The notes: generated by a model from the sequence alone, not told the origin. A stretch of 32,000 bases of DNA from Methanothermobacter marburgensis str. Marburg (GCF_000145295.1 NC_014408.1:660001-692000), one strand, 5' to 3'. Shown: positions 1 through 9,017, counted from the first letter of the stretch. Program-made: numbers and translations.

Positions 1-51
1 GGATAAATTATAAATCATATCCCTGACAACAATTATTAAGGGAGGTTGAAT

Positions 52-550
52 ATGAAGAAAATTTTATTTCTGTTTCTTGTGGCCGCAACGGTCCTTGTAT
101 CTGGTTGTGTGAGTGAGGAGCCCCAGTATAAGAGCTTCTCTGACGGAAAAACTGAACTTCACATATCCCGCATCATGGGAGACCCTTGACCCTGCAGGGG
201 CGCAGGGGGCCTTCAAGAAGGAGGTGGGAATCTCCAAGGATGTCATAGTTTACCTTGGTAACAGTACCTCAGAGCTTGCAGTTGCAGAGGTGAGTGCAGG
301 CGCAGGTTACTACCTGAAGGATCCTGAAACCGTCAGGAAGGAGATGGCCAGCAATGAGGGTGTTGTATCATCCAGCATAATAAAGGTCGCCGGGCGTAAC
401 GCAGCAATGGTGAAGGCCACCGATTCAACGACTCAGACGGTCTTCGTGTACCTGAAACTCAACAGGACAAGCGGCTATGCATTCATGTACAGCGGACCAA
501 AGAATGACGCAACATTTGACTCCATACTTGAGACTGTGAAGTTAGAGTGA
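52..550 (+). pseudogene. Frameshifted lipoprotein gene, with signal peptide and lipobox in one frame and the mature domain in the +1 frame
   Basis: ATG 52 follows GGAGGT (41-46), encodes MKKILFLFLVAATVLVSGCVSEEPQYKSFSDGK... and stops at TGA 187-189. The tracked ORF 113-550 is in the +1 frame and continues ..KLNFTYPASWETL... Removing one A from the A5 run at 147-151 joins the frames and recreates the Cys-..Y[KQ]xF..FxYPxxWE N-terminus of the intact paralogue 8024-8464. Confidence 0.7.
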
Positions 551-576
551 TCCCTTGTGGGATCCCTCCTTTTTTA
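549..576. terminator. Hairpin plus T-run between convergent genes
   Basis: GATCCC-TTGT-GGGATC stem-loop (549-564) is followed by a T6 run (570-575). It lies between the stop of the lipoprotein gene and the stop of fsr. Confidence 0.45.
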
Positions 577-590
577 TTCCTTCTCACTGG

Positions 591-2663
591 TTAATGTGAT
601 CTCTCCTTTATGAGCTTCCTCACCTCGCCCATGAACTTTTCTTCACCGACACGTTTCATGGTTGATGCGAGCCTCTCCCTCTGCGGCTTACTTGCATACT
701 TGGTGTAGACACTGATAACAGCGTCTATGTATTCCAGTATCTCATCAACAGTGTCAACACGGGTCTTTATACCCTCAACCAGTTCTCTACCAGCCTTACC
801 GCCTATGTAAAGTATGTAACCCTCTTCTCTGGCCCTCCTTGCAGTGTGCGGGCACTCCCTTATGCATTTACCGCAGCCAACGCAGAGGTCATGGTTGGTG
901 TAGGATGTCTCGCCACGCACGCTTATGGCCTCCACCTTGCAGACCTCGAAGCACCTGCCGCAGCCGTTACAGATTTCCTCAACCGTCTCAGGGAATTCAA
1001 CACCCGCGACACCCACATCGTGGATCTGGGGCCTCATGCACCTGTTTGGACAGCCACTCACCGCTATCTTGAACTTGTAGGGTGCTGGCATCTCCCTGAA
1101 CCTCTCCTCTATGGCACTGCAGATTGCTGTGGTGTCTATGATCCCGCTTCCACAGTTCTCCCTACCTGGACAGGCAAGTGTGGCCCTTACAAGGGGGCCC
1201 TCTGAGCCTGTGAGGAGCCCTGCGGAGTTGAGTTCATCAGCGGCGTCCTCAACGTCAAAGCCACTCACATCATGGAGCTCATAGGATCCCCTGTTGGTGA
1301 CCTTGATCCTTGCACCGTATTTTTCGGCAATCCTCACAAGTTCTTTCACCTCTTGGGGGCTGTACCAGCCTGATGGCCGGGCCCTGACCCTTATGAAGTA
1401 GGTGCCATCGGCCCTCCTGGATACCCCAGGGTAATCTGAGGTCCAGTAGAAGGAGATGTATTCACCATTCTTTCTCCTTCTCTCAAGTTCCCTCTGGAAT
1501 CTTTTGAGTTTCAGGTCCCTCATCTTCTCTATTTTTGCGGTGTCTGCACCCTCCATGAGTTCAACTGCACCGGCTATTTCAGCGCCCCTCCTGGTTCTCA
1601 CTATGATGGTTGAGTAGCCTTCGGGACTTCCAGCGGAGCCCACAGAGACGTCTGCAAGGTGAGCGTCAAAGTCCCTGCAGGATCTGCAGCCCTCTGAGAT
1701 TCTGATGTCCATGAGGTTCAGGGTTTCCCTCCTATCACCAAGGTCAACCTCAAGCTTACCCCTCCTGATGTTGAATTTTTCAACGTCCTCCATTCTGATA
1801 CCATTTTCCCTCAGCACCTTTCTGAGGTCGCCATATTCGAATTTCTCGGTGCAGAAGAGGCCTATGAGGTAACGTATCTCGGGGAGTTTCACGGGTTTGC
1901 CCTTTCTTCCAAGTTCCAGGTCATGCTTTGCAAGGTAGGGGAAGTACTGGAGTTTCCTGAGGCCGTTTATCTGGCAGGGAAGCCCAACAACTGCCACCCT
2001 TTCAATTCCGAGTTCTCCAGCTGTTCTCAGTGCTTCAAGGGTGGATATGCTGTACTTTGACCCGCTTGTTTCCTCAAGGTCCTCTGCCGTCTGCACAAGG
2101 AGTGATACAGGTTTCCAGTGTTCGTCACCCACGACTATGGCGCCGTCGATTTCACCCTTCTCAAGGAGGTGCTTTAGGAAAGAGGTCACCACGCCACCGT
2201 CCTGGCCCCTGATGGGTCCCCTTCCATGGTAGACCTTTTCCTGGAACTTCTCCCTTATGCTGATCTGATAACCGTCTGAGGAGACCCTGGGGCATACCTC
2301 GAAGCACATACCATGGCCGTTTCTGAGGCACTCCTCTCTGAGCTCCGGGCGTCCGTCGAAGGATATGATGTTGTTGGGGCATATAACGGCGCAGGTACCG
2401 CACCTTGCGCAGATTCCTGACTCCACGATCTTTCCAGGTTTCCATTTCCTCTCTGATGGGTACATCTCTGCTATTTTCTCTGGTGGGCCCATCCTCTCCA
2501 GGGCCTCGGCTATCACCTCCTCGGTGACATCGGTTTTTCTTGATGCGGCTATTGCCTCTGCACTGTCAAGTATGTGGGTTTTGAGTTCACGGGCAACCTC
2601 CTCCCTTTCCTCTGGGGCTAGTCTAAGGGTCGCCCTTTCTATGAATTCATCAAGTTTATTCAT
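591..2663 (-). CDS. fsr: F420-dependent sulfite reductase (FrhB/FpoF-like half fused to a siroheme sulfite-reductase half) with an extra ~75-aa N-terminal helical module
   Basis: 690 aa. It has an N-terminal 2x[4Fe-4S] motif (CARCGTCAVICP.. CFEVCP) and an FrhB-like core (GGVVTSFLKHLL.. VGLPCQI.. GLFCTEKF). The C-terminal NiR/SiR-type domain has a Cys cluster (CPGRENCGSG.. SGCPNRC) and an inserted ferredoxin (CNGCGRCFEVC.. CVGCGKCIRECP). GGAGGA RBS precedes the start, and the ATG overlaps the padR stop (ATGA at 2660-2663). Confidence 0.8.
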   Translation of the reverse strand: MNKLDEFIERATLRLAPEEREEVARELKTHILDSAEAIAASRKTDVTEEVIAEALERMGPPEKIAEMYPSERKWKPGKIVESGICARCGTCAVICPNNIISFDGRPELREECLRNGHGMCFEVCPRVSSDGYQISIREKFQEKVYHGRGPIRGQDGGVVTSFLKHLLEKGEIDGAIVVGDEHWKPVSLLVQTAEDLEETSGSKYSISTLEALRTAGELGIERVAVVGLPCQINGLRKLQYFPYLAKHDLELGRKGKPVKLPEIRYLIGLFCTEKFEYGDLRKVLRENGIRMEDVEKFNIRRGKLEVDLGDRRETLNLMDIRISEGCRSCRDFDAHLADVSVGSAGSPEGYSTIIVRTRRGAEIAGAVELMEGADTAKIEKMRDLKLKRFQRELERRRKNGEYISFYWTSDYPGVSRRADGTYFIRVRARPSGWYSPQEVKELVRIAEKYGARIKVTNRGSYELHDVSGFDVEDAADELNSAGLLTGSEGPLVRATLACPGRENCGSGIIDTTAICSAIEERFREMPAPYKFKIAVSGCPNRCMRPQIHDVGVAGVEFPETVEEICNGCGRCFEVCKVEAISVRGETSYTNHDLCVGCGKCIRECPHTARRAREEGYILYIGGKAGRELVEGIKTRVDTVDEILEYIDAVISVYTKYASKPQRERLASTMKRVGEEKFMGEVRKLIKERSH

Positions 2664-3001
2664 TGATATTCCTCCATTATGGTTTCAATTTCATTGAGGG
2701 CCTGATTCACTGCCCTGAAAAATTCAAGCCATTTTTTTCTGACCTTCTTACCGTAATCTGTGATTCTGTAATATTTTCTGGGTCTTGCCTCACCTGTCAT
2801 CCAGCTGCTTTTGAGGATTCCCTCCCCCTCGAGTCTCCTCAGAAGGGGGTAGATGGTTCCCTCTTCGACTCTGAATCCTGATTCTTCAAGTTTTCTGACG
2901 ATTTCGTATCCGTAAAGTTCCCTTTCAAGGAGACAGACCACTGCGAGCTGTATGGCCCCGCGTCTTATTTCCTTTTCGAATCTTTCACATATGCCACCCA
3001 T
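2660..3001 (-). CDS. PadR-family winged-helix transcriptional regulator
   Basis: 113 aa. It shows the typical PadR signature LYGYEIVRKLEE..G...EGTIYPLLRRLEGEGIL....E.RPRKYYRITDYG. It is translationally coupled to fsr. Confidence 0.9.
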   Translation of the reverse strand: MGGICERFEKEIRRGAIQLAVVCLLERELYGYEIVRKLEESGFRVEEGTIYPLLRRLEGEGILKSSWMTGEARPRKYYRITDYGKKVRKKWLEFFRAVNQALNEIETIMEEYQ

Positions 3002-3019
3002 CTCATGACCCTCATATTA

Positions 3020-3048
3020 CACAGATATGTGTTGTGCACATTACTGTG
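3020..3048. promoter_or_regulatory. Candidate PadR operator (imperfect 11-bp inverted repeat)
   Basis: CACAGATATGT-N7-ACATTACTGTG matches at 9 of 11 positions per arm and contains an ATGT..ACAT core like known PadR boxes. It lies 19-47 bp upstream of the padR ATG. A further TACACAGAT copy sits at 3083-3091. Confidence 0.5.
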
Positions 3049-3258
3049 TAGTAAACAGTATATGAGCTTTGTGTCCTCACCCTACACAGATGAATCGGAT
3101 CGGGGTTCAGGGATAACTGGACACCTGTAACCGGTAAAATGACTCTTTTTGTTCATTGCCATGATGAATGCAGTCTCAGTGATTCAATAACCACAGTTTT
3201 ATTGTTTTTTCAAAAAATTTTTATGTTTAACCTCCTCAGATAGGTATGAGGTGTTCAG

Positions 3259-4914
3259 ATGGAGTTTGTCCCCTTTAAAAAGGATCTCAACATGAAAAAT
3301 ACTGTGTCCCATCTGATGGGGTTCTTTCTGATTCTCTTCTCATCCGTGGCACTCCTCATGATGGCTGGAGGTGGATGGTCCCCCTGGGACCTCCCCATTC
3401 TCCACATGTCTCTTGTGCTGCTTGGTGCATCGATAATTCTCGCCTGCTTCTCCCACAGAAGAACAGCACTTTCCCTATCCATAATGATAATCCCACTCCA
3501 GTTCATTCAATTTGCGGGATTTCAGGGTCTGCATACAGTTTTACCTCCACCCCTGCTGGCGGCCTATTCGGTCAGCCTGATTCTCCTTATCCGCAGACAC
3601 TACCATGCCGGGCAGACACTGGCATACATCACAGGGATCATGGCCTATGCCCTGGTGATGACCCACCTCACAGGTGTGGTGGAGGTTGTTGAGGCACTCA
3701 GGGTGGACCCCACCATTTCAGCCGAACTCCTCATGGCCGCTCTGGGGTTACTGGGCCTCTATCCCCAGAGGGGAGTCACTGAGCCACTCTTCTCAGGAAT
3801 GATGGGGGGATACACGGCACGGGTGCTCCTTGCAACCATGCTCACAGCCATAACGGTCACAGGAATCCTGATCCTGAGGGGCCGGGACCAGCTACCATTC
3901 CCGGCAGAGATATTCCTCCTTTCACTGACAGTGGCGCTCATCATAGTTACCATAACCTTCACAGCCTACAGGCTCAACACAGTTGACCATCAACGCCTCA
4001 TGAATGAAAGGGGGCTCAGGAGGACACGCAGATTCTTCAGGGATGTGGTTGAGAACCTTGAGGAGGCCGTTGCAGTCATCGATGAAGACGGCAATCCACT
4101 GCACCTCAACAGGGCAATGAAGAAACTTGGAATTGACTGCAGGCCCATTCATGATAGGTTCATGAATGCCAGGGTACCCTCATACATCAGGAGCCTTAAA
4201 GCAGGGGACAGAAACTTCACCGGATGGTACATTCCCCTGGATGAGGGGGCAATAATCTCCCTCACCGACATAACAGACCTAATGAGGACACAGGAGGAAC
4301 TCGAGCGGAACATCATGGAGAAGGATGCGCTGCTCCGGGAACTCCATCACCGGGTGAAGAATAACCTCCAGATAATCCTGAGCCTCATAAACATGCAGAT
4401 AAGATCCGCCGGTGAGGATGCAAGGGAGGCTCTCATCCGGACATCAACCAGAGTCCAGACACTGGCCGCCATCCACGAATCCGTCTATGGGCTGGGGAGC
4501 CTGGCAGAGGTTAAGATGCATGAGTGCATAATGAGGATATCAGAAAACCTCAGATCAGTATTTGATGCACTGGATGTTGAATTCCACATAGACGCCCCGC
4601 ATACCTTCAACGTTGAGACAGCCATGCCACTGGCCCTCATAGTAAATGAACTGATATCCAACTCCCTTCAGCATGCGTTTCCTCAGGGCAGAGGCACCGT
4701 GAAGGTTGAAATCAGCAGAATGAACTCAGAGTACTGTCTGAGGGTAATGGATGATGGTGTGGGGTTTTCAGGTGAAAAGAGGATGGGCCTCCAACTTGCA
4801 CTGAACCTCGCCAGGCAGATAGAGGGGGACCTCAGGATACTCCTCAGGGAGGATGGAGGGGGTACAGAGGTCACGTTACCCTTCAGGGAGCTTCACTACA
4901 GGAGGAGACTTTAA
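3259..4914 (+). CDS. Membrane-bound sensor histidine kinase (HisKA_2 type)
   Basis: 551 aa. It has multiple N-terminal hydrophobic helices and a PAS-like segment (FFRDVVENLEEAVAVIDEDG). The H-box is ELHHRVKNNLQIILSLI, and ATPase boxes are NELISNSLQHAF, MDDGVGF and GLQLALNLA. GAGGTG RBS at 3248-3253. No response regulator is adjacent. Confidence 0.85.
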   Translation: MEFVPFKKDLNMKNTVSHLMGFFLILFSSVALLMMAGGGWSPWDLPILHMSLVLLGASIILACFSHRRTALSLSIMIIPLQFIQFAGFQGLHTVLPPPLLAAYSVSLILLIRRHYHAGQTLAYITGIMAYALVMTHLTGVVEVVEALRVDPTISAELLMAALGLLGLYPQRGVTEPLFSGMMGGYTARVLLATMLTAITVTGILILRGRDQLPFPAEIFLLSLTVALIIVTITFTAYRLNTVDHQRLMNERGLRRTRRFFRDVVENLEEAVAVIDEDGNPLHLNRAMKKLGIDCRPIHDRFMNARVPSYIRSLKAGDRNFTGWYIPLDEGAIISLTDITDLMRTQEELERNIMEKDALLRELHHRVKNNLQIILSLINMQIRSAGEDAREALIRTSTRVQTLAAIHESVYGLGSLAEVKMHECIMRISENLRSVFDALDVEFHIDAPHTFNVETAMPLALIVNELISNSLQHAFPQGRGTVKVEISRMNSEYCLRVMDDGVGFSGEKRMGLQLALNLARQIEGDLRILLREDGGGTEVTLPFRELHYRRRL

Positions 4915-4996
4915 TAGGTGTGCTCTGTAACATTGATTTCTGCACGTCCTGAGGATTATAAATGTGTCCTGCAACATAACATGGCAGGGGATTCAT

Positions 4997-5587
4997 ATGC
5001 ACGTCTATATTCTCTTTGCACATCCATCCAGGAAGTCCTTTTCAAGGGAGGTCCTTGAGGCATTTACAGAGGGCCTCAGTGAAGCCGGGCACACATATGA
5101 GGTGGGGGACCTCTACAGGATGAACTTCAGGTCGGAGCTGAGTCAGGAGGAGTACCTCAGGGAGATCAGCCAGGAGGCGGGGTCACCATTACCAGAGGAT
5201 GTTATGGAGGAGCATGAGAGGATCGGGAGGGCCGATGCCCTTGCGTTCATCTATCCCCTCTGGTGGAGTGACTGCCCTGCGAAACTCAAGGGATGGTTTG
5301 ACAGGGTCTGGACCTACGGGTACGCCTACTTCTATGAGGATGGAGAGCGGGGTACGAGGATTGATATTGAAAAGGCTGTGGTGCTCTGCTCTGCAGGCCA
5401 CACAGAGGAAGACCTTGAGGGTACAGGCATTGCAGAGAGCATGCGCAGTGTCATGTTAGGTGACAGGCTGCTGGGGGTTGGTGTTAAGAATGTCACCATG
5501 GAGATCCTTGGGGGTATGGTGCCTGGGGATGACTCCTGCAGGGAGATAAACCTCATGAGGGCCCGCAGGGCAGGGAGAAACCTCTGA
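4997..5587 (+). CDS. Flavodoxin-fold NAD(P)H dehydrogenase (quinone)/FMN reductase family protein
   Basis: MHVYILFAHPSRKSFS.. and ADALAFIYPLWWSDCPAKLKGWFDRVWTYGYAY are typical of the Flavodoxin_2/NQO-like family. I prefer ATG 4997 over the upstream GTG 4964 in the track. Confidence 0.75.
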   Translation: MHVYILFAHPSRKSFSREVLEAFTEGLSEAGHTYEVGDLYRMNFRSELSQEEYLREISQEAGSPLPEDVMEEHERIGRADALAFIYPLWWSDCPAKLKGWFDRVWTYGYAYFYEDGERGTRIDIEKAVVLCSAGHTEEDLEGTGIAESMRSVMLGDRLLGVGVKNVTMEILGGMVPGDDSCREINLMRARRAGRNL

Positions 5588-5805
5588 GGAGAATAATTCA
5601 TTTTAAGGGGGTAATTTGACTGTGATTATCCTATCTTTCAAACCAGGAGGATGTTGCAGAACCTCCAGACACCTCTATAAATGCTGTTATAAGACAAGAT
5701 GTAAATATAGTAATACATACATTGCATTATTATGCCATTTAATAATATTTAATTATTTATAGTTCATACACAGATTTTAGGGTGTCACAGATCAGGGGTG
5801 ATACC

Positions 5806-6234
5806 ATGACCACAATGACCAGGATAAGCATGTCTCTTCCAAGTAAACTTCTTGAGGAATTTGATGAGGTACTGAGGAACCGGGGATACCAGTCAAGGTC
5901 CAAGGGTATAAGGGACGCCATAAAGGACTACATTGTCAGGTACAGGTGGATGAATGAGATGGAGGGTGAGAGGACAGGGATAGTCTCGGTGATCTACAAC
6001 CACCACACAGGGGCAATGGAGGAAATAGCCGACATACAGCACCACTACAGGGAGTACATAGACGCTGTCATGAGGGTTCACCTCACAGAAAAACATCGCC
6101 TTGAGGTCCTCGTGGTGAGGGGTGATGTTGCAGAGATACGTGAACTCACAGAGAGGATGATGGGTCTACGGGGAGTTGAACACGTGAGACTCACCAGTGT
6201 CTCAGCTGAAGAGGAGGTGGAATATGAGAGGTGA
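5806..6234 (+). CDS. nikR: Nickel-responsive regulator NikR (ribbon-helix-helix plus metal-binding domain)
   Basis: RISMSLPSKLLEEFDEVLRNRGYQSRSKGIRDAIKDYI is a CopG/RHH domain. It is followed by GIVSVIYNHH....IQHHY..... with His-rich metal ligands. The start is ambiguous between GTG 5782, ATG 5806 and ATG 5815. An AT-rich TATA region lies at 5700-5770. Confidence 0.85.
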   Translation: MTTMTRISMSLPSKLLEEFDEVLRNRGYQSRSKGIRDAIKDYIVRYRWMNEMEGERTGIVSVIYNHHTGAMEEIADIQHHYREYIDAVMRVHLTEKHRLEVLVVRGDVAEIRELTERMMGLRGVEHVRLTSVSAEEEVEYER

Positions 6235-6757
6235 ATGGTTAAGAGGTGGATAACTGCAGTTCTGAATTTGATTCTGACCCCAACCACTTATCACTTTCAG
6301 AGGACTGCAGGGATGTTCTGTTAGGGGTTCAGAGCAGTTTTTTAACTGCTTATATCTGTATCTCCCCTCTTATCGACTGTTCTATCTTCAATCCTCCGGA
6401 CCTGGACTTTACAATAACTTCACCCATTCAACAGATGTTATATATATGTTCATGAAAATATTATAATCAAATAAATAATAAATGACATGAAAACGGAAAG
6501 CTACTGGAGTGTCATTTTAGGGAATTTCAATCTTTCAGAAATTTGACAGCCTCAGTACAATGAAATCAGAAGGTTTCATGAATCTCCAGTTCCCTAAAAA
6601 ATTAGAAGATGGGGGTGTGTATGAATGCCTGTTCCTGAGGAGGTAAGGGATATCTCTGCATGCTGCTGTACAGTTGGAATTTTGTTCCTCATGTGCCTGG
6701 CGATATCCCTCTTTCTCACCCTGCTCCTCACATGATGGAAAGGAGCACATCAGACCA

Positions 6758-7285
6758 TCACTCTATCTCCACCCCACATAAAGTCCCTGAGGGTGTTAAT
6801 AGGTTACCCCTGGCTGTTAAACCAAAGGAGACTATATCCTCAGGGTAGTATCCATCCTCAAATGCCCAATCTGTTGTTTTAAAGTAGGCGGTTTCTCCAG
6901 GTCTCAGAGTCTTCACTGTGGATGAATTGGTGAAGACCGGAGCCATTCCAAGGGCAATGACCTCCCCATATGAGTTATAGCCCTTGACCCATACATAGTC
7001 CAGTAGGAGTGTGGCCCTGTACCTGTTCTGGACCACCCCCTCCACCACGTAGCCTCCGCTGGGATCAACCAGCACTGTATAGTTGAGCACCTCTGCCTGA
7101 ACATCCCCCATGTGGAGGTTGTAGAAATAGGATGACCCATCGCTGTAACCGATGATGAACATCAGGAGCCCCCATATTATGATGAAGGATACCACTATGC
7201 TTGCCTTTGTGAAGGTCCCCCTCCTTCTCCACCAGCGCATGAAAAAGTTTCCATTATTTTCTTCTTCACGGAAATCCTCAGCCAT
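6758..7285 (-). CDS. Single-pass membrane protein with beta-rich ectodomain (paralogue 1 of a tandem pair)
   Basis: 175 aa. It has an N-terminal cytoplasmic tail with the WWRRRG motif, one TM helix (ASIVVSFIIIWGLLMFIIG), then GGYVVEGVVQNRY...VWVKGYNSYGEVI. This resembles FxLYD/DUF3426-style beta-sandwich ectodomains by pattern only. Confidence 0.6.
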   Translation of the reverse strand: MAEDFREEENNGNFFMRWWRRRGTFTKASIVVSFIIIWGLLMFIIGYSDGSSYFYNLHMGDVQAEVLNYTVLVDPSGGYVVEGVVQNRYRATLLLDYVWVKGYNSYGEVIALGMAPVFTNSSTVKTLRPGETAYFKTTDWAFEDGYYPEDIVSFGLTARGNLLTPSGTLCGVEIE

Positions 7286-7298
7286 TCAGATCACCTTT

Positions 7299-7784
7299 CT
7301 ATGCCCATCCGTAACCGGAACATTCTGTTTTAATCCCAATGATGATATCATCGGGGTCGTGACCATCCAGTATGGGTCCCTCCCCCCTGAACTTCACCTT
7401 CTCACCTGGCCTGATTTCCCCTGAAACGGTTATGAATGCGGGGACATACAGAACCATTTCTCCACTGGAATCAAAGCCCTTCACTTCCAGGCTCGGGTTG
7501 AGCAATATGGGTTTATCATAGTTGTTCTGGATTACCCCCTGGATCTCATATAATCCATCCTGGCCCTTCTGGATTGTGTAGTTCACAACGTTCACCTGGA
7601 AGGAGTCCTTTTCGTATTCTATTGCTCCATCAAGACCCTTATCGTAACCATAGGAATAGGCGGCGGCTGACCAGATGATTACCCCAAGGACAATGATGGC
7701 TGCCCTTGTTAGTGGTCCCCTGCGGTTCCACCAGCCGGCAAACTTTCCAGTTTTCCTATCACTACCATTGGAATCCATCGACAT
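7299..7784 (-). CDS. Single-pass membrane protein with beta-rich ectodomain (paralogue 2)
   Basis: 161 aa with the same layout: WWNRRG, a TM helix (AAIIVLGVIIWSAAAY), then LYEIQGVIQNNY...LEVKGFDSSGEMV. It is 13 nt upstream of paralogue 1 on the same strand. Confidence 0.6.
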   Translation of the reverse strand: MSMDSNGSDRKTGKFAGWWNRRGPLTRAAIIVLGVIIWSAAAYSYGYDKGLDGAIEYEKDSFQVNVVNYTIQKGQDGLYEIQGVIQNNYDKPILLNPSLEVKGFDSSGEMVLYVPAFITVSGEIRPGEKVKFRGEGPILDGHDPDDIIIGIKTECSGYGWA

Positions 7785-8023
7785 TTAACCACCTTATAAC
7801 TGAACAGTAATAGTATTGAATCATACAATTTAAATTTTTATATTTTTATTTCATCATTAAAACTTAACATGGCAAATAAAAATCTGTGATTGGAGGACGG
7901 TTATGGTCCTGGAAAGCTGACTTCCCTAAATTGAGGATAATGACTGGTGTGTCAGGAGCATTCTCATTTTTGTTTATAATTCTTAGCTGAAAAAGAGGGA
8001 TCACGTTACTTGGTTTTTCTTTT

Positions 8024-8464
8024 TTATATTTGAGGGGCTTCTGTGGGTTCAATAATGTATGTTGCATTTAATGTTTCTATGATGTGCTTTGCAACGTCTT
8101 CAGATCCTTCACCGTATACTACAAGGAAGACAGTATTTATTTTTTGGAAAATATAGGCTCCTCCATGATCAACTTTATATTTATAGCAGGTTACTCCTCC
8201 AATTTTTTCTTCACCAACATACTCTGCGCTCTGCCCATACCATGATTTGAAACTTTCTAGATCCTCAAGGGTGGGATTGATGAAGATTCTACCATCACCC
8301 TCCCTTTCTGTTAGGCTTACGTCATCCAGTATTGGCATGGCCTCCCAGTTTTCAGGGTATTCGAATGACATATTCTCATTAGTAAATTTTTGGTATTTGG
8401 TGGCGCAACCTGCAGTGGTGATAACGAGGGATATGAGGATTATTATGAGGAGATTTCTATTCAT
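8024..8464 (-). CDS. Lipoprotein, intact paralogue of the frameshifted gene at 52-550
   Basis: 146 aa. Signal peptide plus lipobox MNRNLLIIILISLVITTAGC, then KYQKFTNENMSFEYPENWE. The FxYPxxW motif is reminiscent of PsbP/DcrB-like folds, but this is a weak assignment. Confidence 0.65.
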   Translation of the reverse strand: MNRNLLIIILISLVITTAGCATKYQKFTNENMSFEYPENWEAMPILDDVSLTEREGDGRIFINPTLEDLESFKSWYGQSAEYVGEEKIGGVTCYKYKVDHGGAYIFQKINTVFLVVYGEGSEDVAKHIIETLNATYIIEPTEAPQI

Positions 8465-8549
8465 CTGTCATCATCTCTAGGTTATATTTATAATATATAC
8501 CTCTAAATATATTATATGCATATATATAATTCAAAGTTAGGAAGGGGTG

Positions 8550-9017
8550 ATGCATATTAATGGAAAAATCGTGATTGTTGGAGTGTCTCTTATATTGTTA
8601 TATTTTGCCATTGGAATTATTTTTCCAACAAAAACCTATCATGATTCAAAGGTCGGTGTTTCATTTGATATACCTCGAGATTGGGAGGTAAAAGATGACT
8701 GGGTCCGTACGCCTGATGGTAGGATGGCCTTTTCATATGAATCTGGACTCGTTTCCTCTGAACCTGGTACGTTATTCCCTGCGACTTTGGATCAGGAACT
8801 GCAAGAGACACAACAGGTTAAGGCTGAGCTTGGAGAACCTGTATTGAGTCATGGTTATACGAGTATAGATGGTAATCCTGCTGTATACACTGTAACAAGC
8901 ACGAATTATCGCTATTATACGATAAAGAACGGTAAAGGTTATTATTTTGACTTTAATAGGAATATTGTGGATGATGAGGTGATAAAAAAGGTGGTTGAAT
9001 CGATAAGGTTAGATTAG
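8550..9017 (+). CDS. Membrane-anchored member of the same FxxPxxWE family
   Basis: N-terminal anchor IVIVGVSLILLYFAIGIIF, then VGVSFDIPRDWEV. AGGAAGGGG RBS lies upstream. ATG 8550 is one codon inside the tracked GTG 8547. It is divergent from 8024-8464 across a TATA-rich spacer. Confidence 0.6.
   Translation: MHINGKIVIVGVSLILLYFAIGIIFPTKTYHDSKVGVSFDIPRDWEVKDDWVRTPDGRMAFSYESGLVSSEPGTLFPATLDQELQETQQVKAELGEPVLSHGYTSIDGNPAVYTVTSTNYRYYTIKNGKGYYFDFNRNIVDDEVIKKVVESIRLD

Noticed and set aside
839-2697. Plus-strand ORFs (839-1072, 846-1205, 2030-2232, 2365-2697) and the nested minus-strand ORF 2161-2445 within fsr.
   Set aside because: They are antisense or out of frame relative to a well-supported 690-aa gene. 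Their translations are low-complexity and rich in Arg, Pro and Ser, as is typical of off-frame reads.
5764-5769. TCATAC, one half of the E. coli NikR operator (GTATGA-N16-TCATAC), upstream of nikR.
   Set aside because: No matching GTATGA half-site lies at the expected spacing, so a bacterial-type NikR box cannot be supported here.
6535-6750. 71-aa minus-strand ORF. A faint NF..W motif hinted at a third, degraded copy of the WWxRRG paralogues.
   Set aside because: No TM segment or ectodomain follows in any frame, there is no RBS, and the similarity is limited to 3-4 residues.
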